A stretch of 42,273 nucleotides of DNA. Origin: an uncultured Bacilli bacterium (lineage in GTDB: Bacteria > Bacillota_I > Bacilli_A > RF39 > UBA660). The notes under the pieces were generated by a model. It made no database searches, was not told the DNA's origin, and worked only from the letters and a program-made list of their open reading frames with translations. Position numbers and translations under genes: made by a program. The DNA lies in the NCBI GenBank assembly GCA_947631515.1, contig CANRLP010000002.1, forward strand, positions 1-42,273, given 5' to 3'. Every line of letters starts with the position of its first letter. Position 1 is the first letter of the stretch. Positions 1 through 6,797 of the stretch are shown here, piece after piece.

Positions 1-1
1 A

Positions 2-1249
2 GACCTAGAGTTAGAAAGATTTACTAAGAACAAAAAAAGAAAAACATTTATAATCGGAGCAATAATAGGTATATGTGCCACAATTGGTGGGATATTTTTA
101 TACAAGAGCTATGCTTATTATGAGAATGAAAAAGAATATAATGTAATAAAAGGTATAATACCTGATTTTTCGTATGATGTTAAGTTTGCCATAACCGTGG
201 ATGATGAAACAAAAGAATCAATCCCAACAGAGCCAAAAGATGCTAGCAAATCAAATTATTATAAAGTTACAGCTACTTGTGACAATGGAATAAAAGCAGA
301 ATGGGATTATAATGCTTGGAACTTGAAAGTAGAGAATATAAATAAAGGAACAAAATGTAAATTAGCATTTAATAGTACCTTAACCGAAGCAGATTATCAA
401 AATTATATTGACGCAGGAGTAGCATATAGAAGAAACACATATAGAGGAAAAGATATAACAAGTAAACTAAAAGATGGTACATTATTTAGTGAAATAAGTA
501 GTGGCCATTTTGACGATATATTTGTTGGAGATTACATAACAAGTCCAAGTGATCAAAAAGATGCAAATGGAAATACAGTAGTATGGTTGATAGCTGATTT
601 AGATAATTATTTAAATACTGGAAATCCATATTTAACAAAGCATCATGCTACCATCATACCTGCAGTACATTTAAAGGATGCCACAATGAATACGACAGCT
701 ACAACCAAAGGTGGCTACTGTGGAAGTGAAATGGTAGGAGGTACTGTTTCGATTGTATCTGATACTGAGAAAGCCGATTGTAATAATGCGATAACAAGTG
801 GAACATTAGGTCAAGTATTAACTACATATATAGAGCCTGATTTTGGAACTAGTAATGATAGTAATGATAAAACAAATCACATAATAGAATATCGAAGTCA
901 ATTATCTGATATTATGGATTCTACACGTTCTAGTCAATATACTGAAGGGGGAGCTTCTTCAAGTTGGACATGGTATTGGAGGAAATTAGATTTAATGAGT
1001 GAAATAAATGTGTATGGTTCGATAGTAGCATCTTCTTCAATAATTGATACAGGAATAGATAATCGCCAATTTGCCATATTTAAATTAAAACCTGAATTCA
1101 TTAATAGTTATGGTACTTCTAAATTTGGTTATTGGTTAAAAGATGTATCGAATTCGCGTTCCTTTGCTCGTGTCGACCCTTACGGTTTTTCCACCGCCAA
1201 CTACGCTACCGTCCAAAGTGGCGTTCGCCCAAGATTCTTAATCGACTAA
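2..1249 (+). CDS. Membrane-anchored exported protein, 5'-truncated at the window edge
   Basis: The frame of the 197..1249 ORF stays open back to nt 2, with no stop and no ATG/GTG/TTG. The extension encodes KNKKRK plus the hydrophobic helix TFIIGAIIGICATIGGIFLY (a signal-anchor). The GTG at 197 is therefore an ORF-calling artefact and the true start lies upstream of the window. The C-terminal FGYWLKDVSNS...SGVRPRFLI resembles the WWLRS...GVRP signature of a Firmicute surface-protein domain family (DUF6273-like, by eye only). Confidence 0.6.
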   Translation, partial: DLELERFTKNKKRKTFIIGAIIGICATIGGIFLYKSYAYYENEKEYNVIKGIIPDFSYDVKFAITVDDETKESIPTEPKDASKSNYYKVTATCDNGIKAEWDYNAWNLKVENINKGTKCKLAFNSTLTEADYQNYIDAGVAYRRNTYRGKDITSKLKDGTLFSEISSGHFDDIFVGDYITSPSDQKDANGNTVVWLIADLDNYLNTGNPYLTKHHATIIPAVHLKDATMNTTATTKGGYCGSEMVGGTVSIVSDTEKADCNNAITSGTLGQVLTTYIEPDFGTSNDSNDKTNHIIEYRSQLSDIMDSTRSSQYTEGGASSSWTWYWRKLDLMSEINVYGSIVASSSIIDTGIDNRQFAIFKLKPEFINSYGTSKFGYWLKDVSNSRSFARVDPYGFSTANYATVQSGVRPRFLID

Positions 1250-1302
1250 CATTGTCAAAATAAAAAAATATTCATACCTTAATTATGAGAGGAGAATATT
1301 TT

Positions 1303-1527
1303 ATGTATCAAAATTATTATAGTAATTTTTATCCTCAAAATGGAGACCGTCAATTCTTTTTTCCATTTTTGACAGGAGCCTTAGTTGGGGGTGCGGCAGT
1401 TGGTTTAACTAGACCAAGACCAATATATAATGTCGCCCCATATCAAAATTATCGTCCTTATCCACCATATGCTGGAGGACCATATGGCTATTCATCTTAT
1501 AGTTATTACTATCCTTATGGACGTTAA
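1303..1527 (+). CDS. Small Tyr/Pro/Gly-rich protein (74 aa), possible spore-coat component
   Basis: The ORF track starts at ATG 1285, but GAGAGGAG (1287-1294) lies 8 nt upstream of the in-frame ATG 1303, so 1303 is the likelier start. By my count 16 of 74 residues are Tyr (YQNYYSNFYP...PYGYSSYSYYYPYGR), with a short central hydrophobic stretch. A hairpin terminator follows. Confidence 0.5.
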   Translation: MYQNYYSNFYPQNGDRQFFFPFLTGALVGGAAVGLTRPRPIYNVAPYQNYRPYPPYAGGPYGYSSYSYYYPYGR

Positions 1528-2645
1528 GCAACTATGTTGCTTTTTTTTATACAATTTTCAATTATTCCTAAACATATAAAATAAATAAACATATTAGATC
1601 CTCCATAAGACAAAAAGGGTAGAGGAATACCCATAATAGGAAATAAACCAATATTCATTAAAATATTTTGCATTTGTTGAAAAACAAATAGAAATAAAAA
1701 CCCATTAATAAATAAACGATAGGCATATTGCTTAATATTAAATAAATGATGAATAAAATAACAATTTAAAATAAAATAACATATTAACAAAATTATTGCT
1801 CCTAAAAATCCAAAAATACTAATAGCTAAAGTAAAAACAAAATCAGTAGGAAATTCGGGGACATATAATAATTCTTTTTGAATACCATGACCCAAAAAAG
1901 AAGCATTTCCAATAGTAGTTAAGGCATTATTAAGCTGTAAACCATTACCATCTTTAAAATTTAACAGACGATCTACCCGATAAAAAAAACTAGTACCAAT
2001 CCATTTAATTAATAAATCTTGATGATAAAAATATAAATAGAAAAAAGTAAGAAGTAGGAAAAATAATAAAGAAAAAGCGATAATAAACCATCGTTTATGG
2101 ATGCCTGAAAATAATAAAACAGCGAATAATAATAACAAATAAATAATAATTGCCCCAGTATCTGGTTCTAAAAATACTAATAAAGAAGGAATGAAAGTAG
2201 CTAAAAAACATGCTCCAATAAATTCTATTTCTTTAAGCTTTTTTTTCTGGAATAGTTCACTTAAATGTATTAAATATAATAGCAAACTAATTTTCATAAA
2301 TTCACTTGGTTGAAAATTAAAAATCTTTAAATTGAACCAAGCTTTAGCTCCATTAATTTCTTTGCCTAAAAATAATACTAAAATTAAAAGAATAATTCCT
2401 CCCATATATAAAAATAAACTATAATCAAAAATTTTCCGAACTTTAATTCTTTGTAAAATAAATAACATAATAAAACCAATGACGTACCAAAGAATTTGTT
2501 TGACTAAATGCATATTATATATACTTTTGATAAACTTAGCTTGGTACATGCAAAAAAAACTAAAAATCATAATAATTAATAGAGGTAAATAAAGTAATAA
2601 ATTATTTTTATCAAAAATCTTTTTCATATTTTTAGTATGCAACAT
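1524..2645 (-). CDS. FtsW/RodA/SpoVE (SEDS) family peptidoglycan glycosyltransferase
   Basis: Polytopic membrane protein of 373 aa with the family-typical C-terminal motif FPIMGIPLPFLSYGGSNM and the GLQLNNAL...GHG loop. RodA, FtsW and SpoVE cannot be told apart from sequence alone. Confidence 0.85.
   Translation of the reverse strand: MLHTKNMKKIFDKNNLLLYLPLLIIMIFSFFCMYQAKFIKSIYNMHLVKQILWYVIGFIMLFILQRIKVRKIFDYSLFLYMGGIILLILVLFLGKEINGAKAWFNLKIFNFQPSEFMKISLLLYLIHLSELFQKKKLKEIEFIGACFLATFIPSLLVFLEPDTGAIIIYLLLLFAVLLFSGIHKRWFIIAFSLLFFLLLTFFYLYFYHQDLLIKWIGTSFFYRVDRLLNFKDGNGLQLNNALTTIGNASFLGHGIQKELLYVPEFPTDFVFTLAISIFGFLGAIILLICYFILNCYFIHHLFNIKQYAYRLFINGFLFLFVFQQMQNILMNIGLFPIMGIPLPFLSYGGSNMFIYFICLGIIENCIKKSNIVA
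1526..1548 (+). terminator. Rho-independent terminator after the Tyr-rich gene
   Basis: AAGCAAC (1526-1532), loop TAT, GTTGCTT (1536-1542), running into a T tract that ends at 1548. It overlaps the last codons of the convergent SEDS gene. Confidence 0.6.
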
Positions 2646-2682
2646 AATTGGGATTTAATCATAAAATATAACGAGGTGTATT

Positions 2683-2982
2683 ATGATGAATAAAGATTTA
2701 CCAAAAGTATTTGCTGTTCCGATAAATAAATCATTAAAAAATAACAAAGATATTTTTATTAGTGACGAAGAAGAACGTAATGAAGAAAGAAGTGGTGTTG
2801 ATATAATTGATATTAATAAAATATTTAATTCTAAAAATCATGTTTATAAAACTAGAGTAGTAATTAAAACTAGCAAATTTACCAAAGAAGTGGATGTAGT
2901 TGGAATGCAAAATAATTCTTTATTAACTTTAAATGGCGAAGTAATTCCTATATCAGAAATTAAAGAAATAAAAAAAATGTAG
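2683..2982 (+). CDS. Hypothetical small acidic/basic protein (99 aa)
   Basis: GAGGTG RBS 4 nt upstream of ATG. No TM segment. The C-terminal half (YKTRVVIKTSKFTKEVDVVGMQNNSLLTLNGEVIPISEIKEI) vaguely recalls the C-termini of CotO-type coat proteins. That is memory-based only and not a firm call. Confidence 0.45.
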   Translation: MMNKDLPKVFAVPINKSLKNNKDIFISDEEERNEERSGVDIIDINKIFNSKNHVYKTRVVIKTSKFTKEVDVVGMQNNSLLTLNGEVIPISEIKEIKKM

Positions 2983-2994
2983 ATTTGTTCTACA

Positions 2995-3312
2995 TTAAAG
3001 AATTTCATCAATATATTTTTTTAATTGTCTGGCATCTTTACCAAAAATAATTTTAAGTTGATTATCTATTTCTACTATACCTTTAGCACCCAGTTTTTGA
3101 ATTGCATCTTTATCAACTATAGATATATCTTTTAAGATAACTTTAAAACGAGACATATTACATTCAGCATTAATAATATTATCTTTTCCACCCAAATAAT
3201 TGATTAACTTATTAGCTTCGACATTAAAGTCTCTTTTCATTAATTTAATAACAACTAATGATATTAAAAGAAGTACTGCGAGGATAATTATATATTGAAT
3301 GATTGTATTCAT
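2995..3312 (-). CDS. Membrane-anchored PTS EIIB-like domain protein
   Basis: The track start (GTG 3321) lies inside the RBS AGGTGA. The ATG at 3312 follows that RBS by 5 nt, giving MNTIIQYIIILAVLLLISLVVI (TM). The soluble part, NYLGGKDNIINAECNMSRFKVIL...GAKGIV, matches the PTS EIIB (glucose-class) fold signature, with a degenerate CxTRLR site. Confidence 0.5.
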   Translation of the reverse strand: MNTIIQYIIILAVLLLISLVVIKLMKRDFNVEANKLINYLGGKDNIINAECNMSRFKVILKDISIVDKDAIQKLGAKGIVEIDNQLKIIFGKDARQLKKYIDEIL

Positions 3313-3375
3313 TTTTATCACCTAACCAAATTATACAACAAAAACAAAATTTTTAAAACATTTTTGAATTTGTGA

Positions 3376-3402
3376 ACTATTTTAAAATATTCACATAAAT
3401 TA
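3376..3402 (+). promoter_or_regulatory. Putative sigma-K-type (late mother-cell) promoter for the CotY/CotZ-like gene
   Basis: AC (3376-3377), N16, CATAAATTA (3394-3402) fits the B. subtilis sigma-K consensus AC-N16/17-CATAnnnTA. It lies about 30 nt upstream of the coat-gene start. Confidence 0.4.
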
Positions 3403-3432
3403 ATAATGAGAATACATGAAAGGGTGAATGAT

Positions 3433-3870
3433 ATGTGTAATAATAATAATGAAGAACAAACAAGCTGTATTGCTGAAATTCTAAACGTAATTTTAGTCCT
3501 TCAACAAAATGCTTGCCCAGAAAATTGTTTAGATTCTTGTGATAGACCAATGCTTGGTGGAGGACCCAATTGTCTTATTTGTAACACTAGACCAATAATG
3601 CTTTATACCTGCTGCGGAAATGGAACTCCTTGGAGTATGCCAACTACTAAAGATTCAACAGCAACTTGCGTAGAAGGTTCAACTGATTGCTCAAGCGTAT
3701 TTAGAGTAGAAAAAGTTGATGGAAATTGTTGTACATGCCGAGTACTTGCTGATAATCCAGATACAACAAGTTTAAATCCTTATATAGCTACAAATTCTTT
3801 CTTTACTATCAGTCTAGATTGTGTTTGTGCTATTCGTTGTTTAACTGATACATTTGTAGAATGCGTATAA
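3433..3870 (+). CDS. CotY/CotZ/ExsY-family Cys-rich spore coat (crust/exosporium) protein
   Basis: Likely start is ATG 3433, 5 nt after GGGTGA. Collinear with B. subtilis CotZ/CotY as I recall them: N-terminal SCIAEIL...LQQ, central FRVEKVDGNCCTCRVL, and C-terminal ISLDCVCAIRCL. About 16 Cys. Confidence 0.8.
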   Translation: MCNNNNEEQTSCIAEILNVILVLQQNACPENCLDSCDRPMLGGGPNCLICNTRPIMLYTCCGNGTPWSMPTTKDSTATCVEGSTDCSSVFRVEKVDGNCCTCRVLADNPDTTSLNPYIATNSFFTISLDCVCAIRCLTDTFVECV

Positions 3871-3891
3871 AGACCAACTGGTCTTTTTTTT
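3871..3891 (+). terminator. Rho-independent terminator between convergent genes
   Basis: AGACC (3871-3875), loop AACT, GGTCT (3880-3884), then T7 (3885-3891). Confidence 0.65.
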
Positions 3892-4765
3892 ATTGGTTAT
3901 ATAATCGATATAAAGTAATACTTGGGAAATTTAAAAAACGAATAGGGTATTTATAAGTTCCTAACCCATTAGAAATATACATACTCATTTTTTTACGATG
4001 ATAATAATTATCGGTGTACTTATCAACACCATCTTGAGTTAACAAACTTCCATAAAAAGGAATTTTAACTAAACCACTTAAAGTATGACCAGTAAGAATA
4101 ACATTTGGCCTTAACTCTGTTTCTAAAAGAGTATCAAAGATAATAGGTTCATGATGCAACCAAACTTTAAAAAAAGTAAGATCATTATTATCAATTTGGG
4201 TAGCTTTTTCAATATCCATTTCTTGCTCTAAACTAGAAGATGTTCCAATAAATTGAATTGGCATATTTCCTTTATAATATAGTAAATCATTTTCATTTTG
4301 TAAAACTTTAAATTGCGCTTTTTCCATAATTTCTATATATTTATCTTTATTAATGTAATCAGAATTGCCAATAACAGCATATTTTTTTAAAGTTGCTTTT
4401 AAATCGCTTAAAATTGTTGCTATTTGTTCATAATTTTCTTCTTTCATATTTATAGAATCATCTAATAAATCTCCTGTATAAACAATAACATCTGGTTTTA
4501 ATTCATTAATCATATTGACAATTTTTTTAAGTTCCTGATTATTTATAGTACTACCATAATGAATATCTGAGAATTGAACAATTTTAAAACCATTAAACTC
4601 TAAAGGCAGTTCACTATCAACAATTGCTTCTTCGTGAGTAATAAATAATTTCGGCTCGATAATATGAATATAAATGATGAAAGCTCCAATTAAAAATAAT
4701 CCTATAATTAAAAATATTTTCCACTTTTTTTTTGGTTTTGGTAAATCTTGTAATTCTTCATTCAT
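3890..4765 (-). CDS. Membrane-anchored metallophosphoesterase (YkuE/calcineurin-like)
   Basis: The ATG at 4765 lies 5 nt after GGGTGA; the track GTG at 4774 sits inside that RBS. Motifs in order: N-terminal TM, FSDIHYG, YTGDLLD, IGNSDY, LHHEP, LTGHT. Confidence 0.8.
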   Translation of the reverse strand: MNEELQDLPKPKKKWKIFLIIGLFLIGAFIIYIHIIEPKLFITHEEAIVDSELPLEFNGFKIVQFSDIHYGSTINNQELKKIVNMINELKPDVIVYTGDLLDDSINMKEENYEQIATILSDLKATLKKYAVIGNSDYINKDKYIEIMEKAQFKVLQNENDLLYYKGNMPIQFIGTSSSLEQEMDIEKATQIDNNDLTFFKVWLHHEPIIFDTLLETELRPNVILTGHTLSGLVKIPFYGSLLTQDGVDKYTDNYYHRKKMSMYISNGLGTYKYPIRFLNFPSITLYRLYNQ

Positions 4766-4770
4766 AAATA

Positions 4771-5493
4771 TCACCCAACTAAGAAATGTGTTAAAACAAT
4801 TAAAATAACTGAAATGGAATTATGAAGCATGTGAGGTATTATTGAAGCAAAAATATTATTAGTTTCATAATAAGCTTTCGCAAAGAAAAATCCTAGAGAA
4901 CCATAAGGTACAATAAATAAGAATTCTTTTGCATGAGCTAAAATATTTTCGAAAGTAAAAGGATCAAAGGCTGTAAAAACATGAAGTAATCCAAAAACTA
5001 AATCACTAAATAATGCATAAGGAATTTCTTTTTTAAAAGAATAGCGAAAACAAAAACGGAAAACTAATTCTTCTAAAAAAGGACCAATGAAAATAATAGT
5101 AGGGATAGCATATAAAGTAGCACTTAAAATAGTATCACGAGTTGTTTGTTCATTAACAGCAATATTTCCGACAATCGAACTTACTAATAAATTAGAAATA
5201 ATCATGACAATTATGCCATAGCCCCAATAACTAAATCCTACGTTTAATATCTTTTTAGGTTGATGAATAAATTCCTTAAATTGCTTAATAATTTCTTTAT
5301 GAACAATTAAAAAGATTATTAAAAAAGTACCAACATAAACACCCAATTGTGATAAGTTTAAAATCCAAAAATTAGAACTATGTAATCCTTTTTCTAATAA
5401 TAGAGAAAAAAGAAGAGGCCCAATTAAGTAATAAATTAAAAAAATACCAGCTCCGAAAAGAATTCCTTTACTACAATTTTTAATCTTTGTCAT
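4771..5493 (-). CDS. CPBP (CAAX/Abi) family intramembrane metalloprotease
   Basis: Polytopic protein with the three family motifs in order: EELVFRF, FGLLH and HMLHN. Confidence 0.8.
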   Translation of the reverse strand: MTKIKNCSKGILFGAGIFLIYYLIGPLLFSLLLEKGLHSSNFWILNLSQLGVYVGTFLIIFLIVHKEIIKQFKEFIHQPKKILNVGFSYWGYGIIVMIISNLLVSSIVGNIAVNEQTTRDTILSATLYAIPTIIFIGPFLEELVFRFCFRYSFKKEIPYALFSDLVFGLLHVFTAFDPFTFENILAHAKEFLFIVPYGSLGFFFAKAYYETNNIFASIIPHMLHNSISVILIVLTHFLVG

Positions 5494-5494
5494 A

Positions 5495-5935
5495 TTAATC
5501 TATAAATCCTAATGATCTTAATCTTTCTTCAATCTTTTTTTGCGAAGCATAACCAATAATTCTATTTAAAGTTGTTTGTTCTTCTCCTTTATTATAAAAA
5601 ACAGTAGTTGGTGTTCCACTAAAATTTACATATTGCGCTAATCTTTTACTATCTTCGGTACTTAAACCTGTAACATTTAATTCATAAGCAGTTATATTAT
5701 TTTCAGATAATGTCCGATTTAATTCAGGAAGATATTGTTCACAATGGCTACAACCAGTTTGCGTAATAACTAAAATAAAAGTATTTTTAGCTTTAATTTT
5801 ATTCTCATATTCAGAAATTGAAATTGTTTGAAGACTAGCATTATTATCAGCAAAAGCTAATTTATATACTAAAAAAACACCTATAGCTATTACAACTGCT
5901 ATTATTAAATATAATTTCCAATTCTTACTTTTCAT
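5495..5935 (-). CDS. Membrane-anchored thioredoxin-fold thiol-disulfide oxidoreductase
   Basis: N-terminal TM (LYLIIAVVIAIGVFLVY), CxxC active site (TGCSHCEQ) and cis-Pro loop (GTPTTVFY). Divergently transcribed from the pilus/T4SS locus. Confidence 0.8.
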   Translation of the reverse strand: MKSKNWKLYLIIAVVIAIGVFLVYKLAFADNNASLQTISISEYENKIKAKNTFILVITQTGCSHCEQYLPELNRTLSENNITAYELNVTGLSTEDSKRLAQYVNFSGTPTTVFYNKGEEQTTLNRIIGYASQKKIEERLRSLGFID

Positions 5936-5996
5936 ATAATCACCATTTAAAATATATCATACTTTTTTAATCAAAAAAAGCATTTTATTTCTTATC

Positions 5997-6025
5997 TTGA
6001 ATTTGCTAGATGACTATGTTATAAT
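5997..6025 (+). promoter_or_regulatory. Near-consensus sigma-A promoter with extended -10, heading the pilus module
   Basis: TTGAAT (5997-6002), 17-nt spacer, TGt-TATAAT (6017-6025), about 30 nt upstream of the first gene. A 6-bp inverted repeat, CTAGAT (6006-6011) / ATCTAG (6024-6029), straddles the -10. Confidence 0.6.
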
Positions 6026-6056
6026 CTAGGCATGAGATTTTAGGTTGGTGAGTGAA

Positions 6057-6797
6057 ATGAGAACGCGTTTAGTGGGCGTGATATTAGCTAGTGTGTTTCT
6101 GCTCATTCCAAATACAGTAAGAGCAGAAAGTGCTTGCAGTTATAGTGAGCAAGCAAAATTTAATGATATTGCTTCAAATGTAAAAGCAACTTATGATGTT
6201 GTAGATATATATTTAGGAAAAGGCATTGACGTTGATGAGGAGGGTGCTCCGGAAGTAGATATTAATGTTAAAGGCTTAAAAGTAAATATATTGAATGTTA
6301 CGGAAGATATTTATATTAACTTGATAAATAATAGTACCAAAGAAGAGAAAAAATATACTTATAGTGATACAAATAATGGTTTAATTACTTTTGAATTAAG
6401 AGATGTCTCAAGTGTAGTTAATTATACTATTGAAATATATGCCGCAACTAGTACTTGTGCAGGAGAATTAATTCGCAAAACTGAATTTTTAACACCACAA
6501 TATAATGAATATTCAGAATTGGATGTATGTGGTGAATATCCAGACTTCTATTATTGCCAAGAGTTTTTATTAGGAGATAATATTTCTCGAGAAGCTTTTA
6601 TGGAAAGAATAGAAGAATATAAGAAGAATAATGAACCAAAAGAACAAACCGAGGTTGATAAAAATATTTGGGATTCTATAAAAGAATTTTACCAAAAACA
6701 TCAAATGCCAATTAATATTATTGGATCAGTTATAATAATAGGTGGGGTTATTGGAGTAGTGATACTCGTAAAAAAAAGAAGGAGTAGAGTGTTATGA
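6057..6797 (+). CDS. Exported protein with C-terminal membrane anchor (246 aa)
   Basis: The ATG at 6057 follows GGTGAG; the track TTG at 6045 lies inside the RBS. Signal peptide MRTRLVGVILASVFLLIPNTVRA/ES. C-terminal TM plus basic tail (IIGSVIIIGGVIGVVILVKKRRSRVL) with no LPXTG. 4 Cys in the ectodomain. No family recognised. Confidence 0.6.
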   Translation: MRTRLVGVILASVFLLIPNTVRAESACSYSEQAKFNDIASNVKATYDVVDIYLGKGIDVDEEGAPEVDINVKGLKVNILNVTEDIYINLINNSTKEEKKYTYSDTNNGLITFELRDVSSVVNYTIEIYAATSTCAGELIRKTEFLTPQYNEYSELDVCGEYPDFYYCQEFLLGDNISREAFMERIEEYKKNNEPKEQTEVDKNIWDSIKEFYQKHQMPINIIGSVIIIGGVIGVVILVKKRRSRVL

